DNA of 64,000 nucleotides, from positions 1-64,000 of IMG/VR virus record IMGVR_UViG_3300021142_000012. One strand, 5' to 3'. Shown here piece after piece: positions 1-9,686 of this stretch. Numbering within the stretch: position 1 is the stretch's first letter; the number at the start of each line of letters is the position of its first letter. The position numbers and the translations under genes are program-made. The stretch comes from a virus. The notes under the pieces are model-generated. The model did no database searches, was not told the origin of the DNA, and saw nothing but the letters and a program-made list of their open reading frames with translations.

Positions 1-668
1 GTAGTAGTGGACAAGTCAAAACTCAACTGACTTTGATCAACACAGCTGGCAATGCTAATACTGGCAGTGCTATCGATTTCTTTACCTATACTGGTGCAGG
101 TAATGGTGTTCCTGGAGCTAGAATACAGTCTGTAGACGATGGCAATTTTAGTAGCAATTTCAGTATTGCATTAAAAACCACAGGTGGTAACGGCAACGGT
201 AGTCTAACAACACTGTGGACATTTGGCAGTGATGGAAATCTAACATTCCCAGACAACACAGTACAGACCACAGCGCCATTACCGTATGTAAAAACTGCTT
301 ATAATGCTGCCAATGCAACAGCAACCATGGGTACTGTTACAGCCTCGTGGGTAATTGTTGGCTTAGGCTATCATGTAGTATATAGTACCCTGAGCTCCTC
401 TGATGTTACTTACGCTTATTCGGGTATGAATATTATTGCAGGTGTCACTACTTCGTTTAACAGCAGCGGAACGTATGTTATGAACGCGGCAAACAATCCT
501 AATCCGCCATGGTTCGTTGGCATTCTAAATACTATAGGCGATGTACAAATTGTTTACATACAAGATATAACTAACAGCAAAGTATATAGAGTGACAGCTA
601 TAGCTACTACAACATATGCTGGATACAGCCCGGTTCCTGGTAGCATACTGATTGAACAAATCATTTAA
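1..668 (+). CDS. Tail fibre/structural protein, 5'-truncated by the window edge
   Basis: Frame is open from position 3; Thr/Gly/Asn-rich; contains WTFGSDGNLTFPDNTVQTTA, a motif typical of phage fibre proteins. Confidence 0.6.
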   Translation, partial: SSGQVKTQLTLINTAGNANTGSAIDFFTYTGAGNGVPGARIQSVDDGNFSSNFSIALKTTGGNGNGSLTTLWTFGSDGNLTFPDNTVQTTAPLPYVKTAYNAANATATMGTVTASWVIVGLGYHVVYSTLSSSDVTYAYSGMNIIAGVTTSFNSSGTYVMNAANNPNPPWFVGILNTIGDVQIVYIQDITNSKVYRVTAIATTTYAGYSPVPGSILIEQII

Positions 669-695
669 CGGTAAATATACTAAAGAGAGCAGATT

Positions 696-1277
696 ATGTC
701 AATACAACCAATACTTATAGGTAACTACGCAAACGATGGCACAGGTGATGATCTGCGTACCGCATTTCAAAAAGTAAATGCTAATTTTGCTGCCCTAAAT
801 ACCGGACTGGTTGCTGTAACATCTGGTGCTAATGTAGGTGCAGGTACTGGCATTTACAAGGACGTTAACCTAACAACACTAGAATTTAAAAGTTTAACCA
901 GTGCTAATAATTCTGTTATTATCAGTGATCAAGGTAACACTATCGACCTAGCTAGTAGTTCTGCACTACACACTGATCCAACTCCTTATCTAACTGCTGA
1001 CCTAGATATCCAAGGTCATCGTATTATTGATTCTCTACACACTGGAGATGTACAAGCAACAGTGTATGGAATTAATATTCCTAACTTGTCTGCAATATTT
1101 GGACTAGTATTTGCCGCTAATAAGTTATCAATTGACTTCGGTGTTACTGGTAATATGGTAGCAACAGGATCTGCAAATCCAGCGACAGATACTAAAGGTA
1201 TTAATCTTGACTGCGTTGGTGTGAATTTTAGCGATGCACTCTTGAACAATCCATTAGATTTTGGCACATTCGTCTAA
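696..1277 (+). CDS. Baseplate wedge protein with a T4 gp9/gp10-like N-terminus
   Basis: N-terminal IGNYANDGTGDDLRTAFQKVNANF matches the gp9/gp10 N-terminal motif. Confidence 0.75.
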   Translation: MSIQPILIGNYANDGTGDDLRTAFQKVNANFAALNTGLVAVTSGANVGAGTGIYKDVNLTTLEFKSLTSANNSVIISDQGNTIDLASSSALHTDPTPYLTADLDIQGHRIIDSLHTGDVQATVYGINIPNLSAIFGLVFAANKLSIDFGVTGNMVATGSANPATDTKGINLDCVGVNFSDALLNNPLDFGTFV

Positions 1278-1289
1278 TCGAGGAACAAT

Positions 1290-3920
1290 ATGGCCTTAAC
1301 CGTATGGACACAACCCTCAGGCTATAGTCTAGGATCATTTCCAGAAAATACAAAATTTAATCAAAGTTTACCTGTAAGTAATGATACAGGAGTTGCCTAC
1401 TCTATCATCAGTGGAAAACTACCTCCTGGGCTAAATCTTGTAGGAAACCACATTTCCGGAACACCGTACGAAGTTGCTAGAACTACTACATTTGAGTTCT
1501 GTATTCGAGCTAGCCTTAATGGTCAATTTAGTGATCGAACACTAAACATAACTATTCAAAATATCGATGGGCCGGTATTCATAACATCAGCAGGTGAACT
1601 TAACATCGGGCCTGAACAACAGTATTTCCTGCAAGATAAAACTTACGTAGATTTTCAACTTAATGTATTTGATGGTAATGTTTCGGCTGGTGCTAAACTA
1701 AACTTTTTTATCGATGCCGATGGAGGCGAATTGCCTCCCGGACTATCCTTAACCGATGATGGTAGAATTACAGGTTTTGTTTTGCCGGCACTTAGCGTAA
1801 TTCCAACTACCGGTGATGGTAGTTACGATAATAGCTACTATGATAACTTTGCCTACGATTTCGGTCTACTAAGTAATAACGGCTTTGATAGTTATAACTA
1901 TGATGATGTATTTTATGACTACAATCTTAGTCAAACTGTTCCTCGCCAACTTAACAGAACCTATCAGTTTGTAGTATCAGTCACTGATGGTAATATCCTA
2001 ACCAAAAGAACATTTCAAATTTTCGTAGTAGGTGATGATTTCCTTAAAGCTGACAACACTGTTATTCGTGATGGTACTACACTGTTTACTGCTGACGTAA
2101 CATATCTACGAGCACCAGTTTGGTCTACTAGTAGTAACTTAGGTATCCATCGTGCTGACAATTATATTACAGTTCTATTAACAACATATGATGTGGAAAA
2201 TGTATTATATACTCTCGAGCTAGTTAATGCTAGAATACAAGCAACTTCAGTTCGAGTACTAACATCCGATAACAAGCAGGCCGGCACTAGCATTACAGTA
2301 TATCAAACCAGCGTGGCTCCGATTATAGGACAATATTTTACACTGACCGGACGGGTAAATGGTACTACTAGTTTACTCTATAGGATACTAGGAGTATCTC
2401 CTATTGGTAACGGATATTATAGATTAACTGTGGATCAGCAACTAGAAGTTGATATTCCGGATAACACTATCTTATTGATAGGCGATCTATGCCAATTGCC
2501 CACAGGTATGGCATTTGATCAAAACTATAATGAGATTGCCGGACGAGTCCCATATCAGCCTGCTATCACTAGATATTATAACTTTACTGTAACAGCTACT
2601 CGTATCAGTCCAAGCGGAGAAGTAGCACAATCAAGCAGATTATTTACAATAGGTATCATCGGTGAAGTTGACAGTACTATCTCATGGAATACTCCAGCTA
2701 ACTTAGGAATTATCTCAGCTAATTTTATTAGCAATTTAGTTATTAGTGCAACCACTAGTGTACCTAATGCACAATTAGTATATACTGTAGTAGGAGGAAA
2801 ATTGCCTCCGGGACTTACACTTGATGGTGATGGTGAAATTTCGGGTAAAGCTAATCAATTTGCAAATTCTAGTGCAGGTACATTGGGATTAACCACTTTT
2901 GATACTGGGTGGAATAGCACACATAATATATCAACACCGACAACATTCGATAAAAGCACAACAACATTTGATCGTGTTTATAAATTTACTATACAGGCAC
3001 AAGATCAATATGGATACAGTGCAATTACTCGCACATTTAGCTTAACGGTAAGTACACCGAATCAAGTTACATTTAGTAATATTCGTGTACAACCATATCT
3101 TAATCTAACGCAACGTGCCGCATTTAAAAACTTTATCACAAATACTGCCATCTTTACTCCGGATAGTGTCTATAGACTGAACGATCCAAACTTTGGACTG
3201 CAAACAACTCTTAGTATGATTATCTATGCTGGCATACAAACAGAAGCAGCCGCAGCTTACGTAGGGGCTATTGGACTTAATCACAAAAAGAAAAACTTCT
3301 ATTTTGGAGATATTAAAAAAGCAACAGCATTTATCCCTGGAACCAAGACAGCAGTATATGAAATACTCTATGTTGAGATGCAAGATCCATTAGAGCCAAA
3401 TGGTAAACGATTACCTAACTCGTTACCCAATCTTAGCCCAGAGGACAGTATAATTTCAGCTGACAACAGCGAAGCTTACTTTACCCGATTGGGCGGTGCT
3501 GGTAATCCAGATGAGCCTATCATAAGTGTAGATTCAACAGCATATCAAACAAGTAATCCGCAAGCTACTAAGTATTTTCCAAATAGTATTAGTAACTGGA
3601 GAGATAGAATAGCCGCAACAACAGATCATTTTGATGCTAATGGCAAATCTATTGCTGGGCAATCGGAACGTAATTATTTGCCTTTATGGATGCGTAGTAT
3701 CCAACCCGGCACTTATGAAGAATTAGGATTTACCCTAGCTGTTCCTCTCATGTATTGTAAGGTAGGAACTGCGGATAAAATTTTATTAAATATCAAAAAC
3801 CTAAGTACCTTCGACTTCAAACAGCTAAATTATACAGCAGATCGCTATATAATAGATTCTGTGCTAGGTCAATCTAGCGATAAATATCTAGTATTTAGAA
3901 ACGACAGGATAACCGTATGA
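1290..3920 (+). CDS. Virion/baseplate protein with repeated putative Ig (He_PIG-like) domains
   Basis: Repeated G(K/E)LPPGLxLxxxGxI(S/T)G motifs; 876 aa; lies in the structural operon. Confidence 0.7.
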   Translation: MALTVWTQPSGYSLGSFPENTKFNQSLPVSNDTGVAYSIISGKLPPGLNLVGNHISGTPYEVARTTTFEFCIRASLNGQFSDRTLNITIQNIDGPVFITSAGELNIGPEQQYFLQDKTYVDFQLNVFDGNVSAGAKLNFFIDADGGELPPGLSLTDDGRITGFVLPALSVIPTTGDGSYDNSYYDNFAYDFGLLSNNGFDSYNYDDVFYDYNLSQTVPRQLNRTYQFVVSVTDGNILTKRTFQIFVVGDDFLKADNTVIRDGTTLFTADVTYLRAPVWSTSSNLGIHRADNYITVLLTTYDVENVLYTLELVNARIQATSVRVLTSDNKQAGTSITVYQTSVAPIIGQYFTLTGRVNGTTSLLYRILGVSPIGNGYYRLTVDQQLEVDIPDNTILLIGDLCQLPTGMAFDQNYNEIAGRVPYQPAITRYYNFTVTATRISPSGEVAQSSRLFTIGIIGEVDSTISWNTPANLGIISANFISNLVISATTSVPNAQLVYTVVGGKLPPGLTLDGDGEISGKANQFANSSAGTLGLTTFDTGWNSTHNISTPTTFDKSTTTFDRVYKFTIQAQDQYGYSAITRTFSLTVSTPNQVTFSNIRVQPYLNLTQRAAFKNFITNTAIFTPDSVYRLNDPNFGLQTTLSMIIYAGIQTEAAAAYVGAIGLNHKKKNFYFGDIKKATAFIPGTKTAVYEILYVEMQDPLEPNGKRLPNSLPNLSPEDSIISADNSEAYFTRLGGAGNPDEPIISVDSTAYQTSNPQATKYFPNSISNWRDRIAATTDHFDANGKSIAGQSERNYLPLWMRSIQPGTYEELGFTLAVPLMYCKVGTADKILLNIKNLSTFDFKQLNYTADRYIIDSVLGQSSDKYLVFRNDRITV

Positions 3921-4723
3921 GTAATATAAACACATCAGCAATTAACGTAGCTTTCCCAGTAGCAGGGCAAGATAATGATACACAAGGATTTCGCGATAAT
4001 TTTAATAATATCGTAGGAGCACTCAGCACGGCCAAATCTGAAATTGGGCTATTGCAAACTAACAGTGTATTGACTGCTAGTTTAGATGGTCTTAATTCTA
4101 CTGTTACTAATAATCTCGGACAAAGCACATTATATAATGGCATACTACAACAAATGTATGCTACTACCTATTCTAATCAAGTTAGTGCACCAACATTTAT
4201 TGATCTAAACAATGGTGCGCTACAGTCATTTATTATGACAGCTGATGTAGCATTTACATTTACCAACTGGCCACCTAGTGGACAATTTGGTGTTGTTCGT
4301 GTTATGTTATCCAGTGATGGTACAACCGAAAGAAATGCAACATTTTATAGCGCCAATGGTGGAACAATCAAATATGGCAATGCTGGTATTAATCCTCTTG
4401 GATTCCAAACTCCATTTCCGACTCCGGCGCAGGTTTCCTACTCTACTGTAGGTACTGCACCTGCGGCTCAAGCAACACTAGTACTAGCAAGTGTAATTAA
4501 TATACAGCCTGGATTAACTGTAACAGGTACAAATATTCCAGCTAGCACTATAGTTCAAAGTGTTAATTTGAATACAAATAGTGTAACTCTTAACAATAAT
4601 ATTTCTGCTCAAATTTTAGCAGGTAATTTTATTACATTTAGTTATTCAGGACCTCGCGTTATTGAAGCATGGACCAATAACGGCGGATCTACAGTTTATC
4701 TAACTCAAGTAGCTGATTTCTAA
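3917..4723 (+). CDS. Virion structural protein
   Basis: FPVAGQDNDTQGFRDNF N-terminus; beta-rich composition; ATGA overlap with the upstream gene. Confidence 0.6.
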   Translation: MSNINTSAINVAFPVAGQDNDTQGFRDNFNNIVGALSTAKSEIGLLQTNSVLTASLDGLNSTVTNNLGQSTLYNGILQQMYATTYSNQVSAPTFIDLNNGALQSFIMTADVAFTFTNWPPSGQFGVVRVMLSSDGTTERNATFYSANGGTIKYGNAGINPLGFQTPFPTPAQVSYSTVGTAPAAQATLVLASVINIQPGLTVTGTNIPASTIVQSVNLNTNSVTLNNNISAQILAGNFITFSYSGPRVIEAWTNNGGSTVYLTQVADF

Positions 4724-4953
4724 TGCATCCATTAGTTCCAGAACTAGACAATTTAAAAACTCCTGAGATCGAAGCAAAAATTAATGATCTCACACGCAAG
4801 TATTTTATGACACAAAATGCTGATCTTCGAAATCAAATTGCCAAAGTTTTAGATGTTTACAAAGCAGAGCAACGGGTTCGCCAACAGGTAGAATACGAAA
4901 AAATGATGAATAATCGCGACAAAGGACTTGACAAACTAATCAACATCCAGTAA
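4723..4953 (+). CDS. Hypothetical protein
   Basis: 76-aa ORF coupled through a TAATG overlap. Confidence 0.65.
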   Translation: MHPLVPELDNLKTPEIEAKINDLTRKYFMTQNADLRNQIAKVLDVYKAEQRVRQQVEYEKMMNNRDKGLDKLINIQ

Positions 4954-4956
4954 AAT
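4928..4956 (+). promoter_or_regulatory. Sigma70-type promoter
   Basis: TTGACA-17 nt-TAAAAT just upstream of the DnaE fragment, embedded in the end of the upstream CDS. Confidence 0.65.
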
Positions 4957-4962
4957 AGTAGG

Positions 4963-5472
4963 ATGAGATTAGACAAGTTTAGCAATCCGATATTCGATGA
5001 ATTTGACATATTCGATGCTATCTATCAGGGTAAACTTACACACCTAAAGGATTTGACAGTAGATCCTAGTGATGAAATTACCAAACTAGAGACTATAGCA
5101 GAAATCCAATTTAATCAATATAATCCAGATCTAGAATCTGTTGCTATCAACGATTTCGATTCCGCACTACAAAGTGATTGGTTTATGCCCGAAGAATATA
5201 AACTGTACGATATCGTAGATTGGCTGTATTGTGAATGTCGTACTATAGAACAGAAAAATAGAGTTACAGAAGAACTTACAGCATTTGCTGAACGTGACAT
5301 GATCATGCTGTTAAAATGGCTCAAGTATTTTGTAGATACCATGAACAAAAATAACATAGTTTGGGGTGTAGGAAGAGGTAGTTCAGTAGCCAGTTATGTG
5401 CTGTATTTGATAGGTGTACACAGCATAGATAGTATGAAATATAATTTGGACTGGCAGGAATTCCTGAGATAA
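4963..5472 (+). CDS. DnaE (Pol III alpha)-like fragment ending before the catalytic PDxD motif
   Basis: WGVGRGSSVASYVLYLIGVHSIDSMKYNLDWQEFLR aligns with DnaE GxGRGS..SLVAY.LGIT.IDP..Y.L.FERFL. Confidence 0.75.
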   Translation: MRLDKFSNPIFDEFDIFDAIYQGKLTHLKDLTVDPSDEITKLETIAEIQFNQYNPDLESVAINDFDSALQSDWFMPEEYKLYDIVDWLYCECRTIEQKNRVTEELTAFAERDMIMLLKWLKYFVDTMNKNNIVWGVGRGSSVASYVLYLIGVHSIDSMKYNLDWQEFLR

Positions 5473-5499
5473 GTACTAGTATAATCCAAGGAGATTAAT

Positions 5500-5814
5500 A
5501 TGGCAATGAAAGAACAACAAAGATCAGTATATCGCTCAATGCAGGGTAAAGAGATTGATATGGGAAAACTAATGAATCAAAATGAAATGACTGTTGCTGT
5601 AGGTAACGTAAAAGTCAATGCTCGTGGTGACTTATTAGGCGCTGGCGGACAAATTATTAAAACTAGAGAAGAAGTACTTCGTGAAAGTCAGCCAAGTCAA
5701 TCAGTACCAGCTGAATCAGCAGTACCAAAAATAGTTCAACCAGCCGAAGTAGCAGGTATTGTAAAGACTGCTAAAAAGGATGTAGCTGATATGGATCCAG
5801 AGGGGCAAGAATGA
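5500..5814 (+). CDS. Hypothetical protein
   Basis: AAGGAG RBS; 104-aa ORF. Confidence 0.7.
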   Translation: MAMKEQQRSVYRSMQGKEIDMGKLMNQNEMTVAVGNVKVNARGDLLGAGGQIIKTREEVLRESQPSQSVPAESAVPKIVQPAEVAGIVKTAKKDVADMDPEGQE

Positions 5815-6209
5815 TAGGACCGATCAAAGGAACATTAAAACCAATACGTGATCATGTCCTAGCTACTGATATGTATTTTGGAGATCAAAAAACCAAATCT
5901 GGTATTATTATCCTCAATGATGACGGAAAGTCCGAAGGTATCCGTCCACGCTGGTGTAAAGTATGGGCTATTGGATCAGAACAAGAAGATGTCAAAGTTG
6001 GAGATTGGATCCTAGTCGAACACGGTCGATGGACTCGAGGCGTACAGTTGGAAAACGATGACGGCTCAACGTTTGATGTTCGTAGAATTGATGCTGAAGG
6101 AATTATGGCTATTAGTGATAGTAAACCCGAAGGTGTCGAAATTGGAACATTAGCTACCGCTACTAATGGTGAAAGCTATGAGTTTAGAAGTTTGCAAGAA
6201 GCATTTTAA
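5811..6209 (+). CDS. groES: GroES-like co-chaperonin
   Basis: LKPIRDHVL...KTKSGIII...VWAIG...DVKVGDWIL, the Cpn10 pattern. Confidence 0.8.
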   Translation: MIGPIKGTLKPIRDHVLATDMYFGDQKTKSGIIILNDDGKSEGIRPRWCKVWAIGSEQEDVKVGDWILVEHGRWTRGVQLENDDGSTFDVRRIDAEGIMAISDSKPEGVEIGTLATATNGESYEFRSLQEAF

Positions 6210-6227
6210 TATTTCCTCCTTTCGAGC

Positions 6228-6260
6228 AACAGGGCTATTGACAAGCCCTGTTTTCTTTTG
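6228..6260 (+). terminator. Intrinsic terminator overlapping a sigma70 promoter
   Basis: AACAGGGCT-attgaca-AGCCCTGTT stem followed by a T-rich tract. Confidence 0.7.
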
Positions 6261-6266
6261 TATAAT
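6238..6266 (+). promoter_or_regulatory. Consensus sigma70 promoter
   Basis: TTGACA-17 nt-TATAAT. Confidence 0.85.
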
Positions 6267-6284
6267 AGAAAAAAGGAGTATACC

Positions 6285-6530
6285 ATGAGTACACATGAAG
6301 AAGCAGTAAAAGATATTAAAAAAGCAAAAAGCGTCGTAGATGCTGAAATAGTTAAAGCTAAAAAGTTTTTCACGCATACCAGTGTTAGTATGCTTAAGAG
6401 TGGAGTTAGAATCGCCGCAGGATTAGCACTTGCAGGTGGTGGTTGGTTAGAAATGAATCCCTACATTCAAGGTGCTGGACTATTACTGATAGTAGCAGAG
6501 ATTCTAGGAATTTTTGAGGAATTAGTATGA
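6285..6530 (+). CDS. Small membrane protein
   Basis: AAGGAG RBS before ATG 6285; two hydrophobic C-terminal segments. Confidence 0.65.
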   Translation: MSTHEEAVKDIKKAKSVVDAEIVKAKKFFTHTSVSMLKSGVRIAAGLALAGGGWLEMNPYIQGAGLLLIVAEILGIFEELV

Positions 6531-7444
6531 AAGAACTTTGGGTAGAGAAGTATCGCCCTAGTACCATTGACGGTTATGTCTTTACCGATGATCATCAAAG
6601 AAGTCAAATAGAATCTTGGATCGCTGACAAAAGCATTCCACATTTGTTGTTCAGTGGCACAGCCGGTGTAGGTAAAACTACCTTAGCTAAGATCTTAATC
6701 GAACAAATGGATGTACAGGATTCCGATGTCTTATCTGCTAACGGATCAAAAGAAGCACGTAAGATTGAGTGGGTTGATAAATTGATCACATTCTGTCAAA
6801 CTATGCCGTTTGGTGATTTTAAGATTGTCTTGATTGACGAAGCTGACTACATGAATCCAAATTCAGTACAACCTGCACTTCGTAACCTAATGGAGGAATA
6901 TAGTCATTCGGTTCGCTTTATACTAACTTGTAACTATCCTAATAAGATATTACCGGCTATCCATAGTCGCTGTCAGCGCATCCATATTGAAAAAACTGAT
7001 CAAACAGAGTTCACTGCTCGTGTTGCAACTATACTAGTTGAAGAAAATATCGAATTTGATCTTGATACCTTAGACAGTTATGTTAAAGCAACTTATCCAG
7101 ACTTGCGTAAGTGTATTAATAATTTACAAATGAACAGCCTAGATGGTAAGTTACATGTTCCAGAAAAGGGCGGTAGCGAAGAACGCGATTATAAATTTGA
7201 AATGGTCGAATTATTTAAAGCTGGTAAGATTGCAGAAGCACGTAAATTAATCTGTAGTCAAGCAAGTACAGATGAAATGGAAGAAGTATATCGCTGGCTT
7301 TATGATAATGTTGAAGTATTCGGAGATGCGAAGAAACAGGATAACGCTATCCTTATTATTAAACAAGGACTAGTGGATCATGCTTTAGTTATTGATCCAG
7401 AGATTAATCTGGCTGCTACATTAATTAGACTAGCACATCTATAA
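6527..7444 (+). CDS. Clamp loader AAA+ subunit (RFC small subunit/T4 gp44-like)
   Basis: WVEKYRP, Walker A GTAGVGKTT, Walker B IDEAD, SRC motif. Confidence 0.92.
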   Translation: MKELWVEKYRPSTIDGYVFTDDHQRSQIESWIADKSIPHLLFSGTAGVGKTTLAKILIEQMDVQDSDVLSANGSKEARKIEWVDKLITFCQTMPFGDFKIVLIDEADYMNPNSVQPALRNLMEEYSHSVRFILTCNYPNKILPAIHSRCQRIHIEKTDQTEFTARVATILVEENIEFDLDTLDSYVKATYPDLRKCINNLQMNSLDGKLHVPEKGGSEERDYKFEMVELFKAGKIAEARKLICSQASTDEMEEVYRWLYDNVEVFGDAKKQDNAILIIKQGLVDHALVIDPEINLAATLIRLAHL

Positions 7445-7468
7445 CAGGGGGCCCGAAGGCCCCTCTGT
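7444..7468. terminator. Hairpin between the convergent clamp-loader and phoH genes
   Basis: GGGGCC-CGAA-GGCCCC; reads as a C(UUCG)G tetraloop on the minus strand. Confidence 0.75.
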
Positions 7469-7469
7469 A

Positions 7470-8186
7470 TTAGTCTCCATAAACTGACAACACCTCCTTC
7501 ACAGCATTATGGCGTTCGATGTCTTGTGCTTCAAACTGTACAATATCTATATGTTTGAGCTGGCTCTTGTTGGCAATTAAATTGCAAAAATCAATTAGTC
7601 CATTGTCGTTTAAACGATCTGCCTGAGCTAAATCACCTGTGACTACCATTTTACTTCCGTCTCCTAGGCGGGTTAGTAGCATCTTCATTTGATTTACTGT
7701 TGTGTTTTGACACTCGTCTGCAACGATATATGCGTTTTTAAATGTACGTCCACGCATATAGGCTAATGGTGATATCTCAATAACGCCCTCATCGAGCATT
7801 CTTGCGATATCTTTTTGTTGGTAGTACTCTCCGAATACATCAAATATAGGACGAGTCCATGGAGCCATCTTTTCATTAAGCGTACCTGGTAAAAATCCTA
7901 AATCTTCGTCTACGGAGACGGCGGGTCTTGTAACTACGATCTTGTCAACTTTACCCTCTTGAAACAATTTTATTCCATTTTGTACTGCTAACAAAGTTTT
8001 GCCTGTACCTGCAGGACCGATAGCAAATACAATGCTCTTGGTATCGTCTTGTAGTTTATTTAGGTAAATTTGTTGATTGGAATTGCGTGGATACAAACTC
8101 ACACGCTGCTTCTTTTGGGGAAGGTACGTTGGAAAATCTATTACTTGAACTTCAGATGTAAAGCGTTTTTTCACTCTTTTACTCAT
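7470..8186 (-). CDS. phoH: PhoH-like ATPase
   Basis: GPAGTGKT, LGFLPG, YMRGRTF, ADECQN, VTGDLAQ. Confidence 0.95.
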   Translation of the reverse strand: MSKRVKKRFTSEVQVIDFPTYLPQKKQRVSLYPRNSNQQIYLNKLQDDTKSIVFAIGPAGTGKTLLAVQNGIKLFQEGKVDKIVVTRPAVSVDEDLGFLPGTLNEKMAPWTRPIFDVFGEYYQQKDIARMLDEGVIEISPLAYMRGRTFKNAYIVADECQNTTVNQMKMLLTRLGDGSKMVVTGDLAQADRLNDNGLIDFCNLIANKSQLKHIDIVQFEAQDIERHNAVKEVLSVYGD

Positions 8187-8349
8187 CTAGTGGTCTCCTA
8201 CTCTTTGTTGTAAAAGTAGGACTTGTAGTGACCGCCTATTGATAACTACAGAGGTCCTACACTATTATTTAACGAATTGACAAAATAATAAAGTTATCAG
8301 TTATCGTTTCCAACCAGCTAAATAAGAGTAGAACTTTCTAGGACTGACT

Positions 8350-8943
8350 ATGCGCGACATTTTAGAAGTTATCAAGAATATTGACGACTTATACGAAAAT
8401 AATACTAATATGGCTATTTTAAAGGACATGGAACGTGTCTTTGATGAGCTCGATTTATACGTCTACGAGAACTGGGAAGACGGCGAACTAGCATCTGGAC
8501 CGTTCGTAGATCGTCACTGGATAACTGCTAGTTTTATGTGGCCTAAAGATAAGATGCCTAATCCTATAGCAGGTAAGCGTTTAATGGAATTAGGCTGTAA
8601 AATTAAGTACGAAAAAACTCATTTAATCGAAGTTCGTAAAGTTAAAAAACCTAGCGATCTGCGTCCAGGTACAAAGAAGGGTAAATTAGATCATAAACCA
8701 ATTTGGATCGTAGAAATACAGATGCCTAAGAAAATTGCGTTTGATATCTATCGCGGATATATGGACAGAATGAAAACAGAAATGGTTGGAACTTCTAAAG
8801 CACCGCAAGCAGGGACACCGGTTCCTGGAGGTCCTGCACCGACTACTGGAATGCCAACTCCGCCAACAGCAAGCCCAGCAGCGTCTACAGCAGGTGCTGC
8901 TCCAACAGCAGGTGCTCCAACAGCAGCCGCGGCAACAGTCTAA
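8350..8943 (+). CDS. Hypothetical protein with a Pro/Ala/Thr-rich tail
   Basis: 197-aa ORF downstream of a TAAATA motif and an AGGA RBS. Confidence 0.7.
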   Translation: MRDILEVIKNIDDLYENNTNMAILKDMERVFDELDLYVYENWEDGELASGPFVDRHWITASFMWPKDKMPNPIAGKRLMELGCKIKYEKTHLIEVRKVKKPSDLRPGTKKGKLDHKPIWIVEIQMPKKIAFDIYRGYMDRMKTEMVGTSKAPQAGTPVPGGPAPTTGMPTPPTASPAASTAGAAPTAGAPTAAAATV

Positions 8944-8951
8944 GGATTATC

Positions 8952-9686
8952 ATGGATTTAATAGAAAGCCTTAATGCTAAAGATTTGCGAAACTTTGTTC
9001 GTAAAGTTTTTGAAATTGATAGTTTTAAAAGCAAGATTGGTAATGACGAAGATACTGTAGTATTAAGTTTCACTGTTAACCAAGCAGAGCCAGCAGACGA
9101 CTTAGAAAATTTTGTCGAGATGGGCTATTCGTTTGTATTAGATGCTGATGTAAGTCCAGGCGAAACCGATGATGGTACTTACAAAGTTTTTATAGAACTT
9201 GAACGTGATCGTCACGTTGCAGAACATATCATGGAAATCCTTGAAGGACTAAGCAAAGTTACTGGGATCGATGACTGGCGTTTTAGATATTTTAAAAGTT
9301 TTAAAAGTCAAGCAGCAACTGAAGAAAATTTAGCAGCAGCAGTTCCAACTGATAAGGAATCATATGATATCGCAACTGAGCGATTTCAGTTAGAAAATTT
9401 TAGTAATTTCTTTAAAGATAGTTATGCAGACACTGTAGAACTGTTAGACGAGTCAATTACATTTAATAGAATTTATAAAGATCCTGTATCATTTGAAGTA
9501 ATAGATAGCGGTAGTAAACAAGAAGTATACGAAAAGATGCCCGGTGCAATTATGTTAGAAAGCAATGCAATCGCAGAAGCAATTTATCTAACAAAATTTA
9601 TTGGTAATTATAATATCACTAAGATCGGTGATACATTTATCTTTGAAAATGCAGGTTGGGCAGTCGCACTTAAAAGGAAAGCATAA
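8952..9686 (+). CDS. Hypothetical protein
   Basis: 244-aa ORF with an AAGGA RBS. Confidence 0.7.
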   Translation: MDLIESLNAKDLRNFVRKVFEIDSFKSKIGNDEDTVVLSFTVNQAEPADDLENFVEMGYSFVLDADVSPGETDDGTYKVFIELERDRHVAEHIMEILEGLSKVTGIDDWRFRYFKSFKSQAATEENLAAAVPTDKESYDIATERFQLENFSNFFKDSYADTVELLDESITFNRIYKDPVSFEVIDSGSKQEVYEKMPGAIMLESNAIAEAIYLTKFIGNYNITKIGDTFIFENAGWAVALKRKA

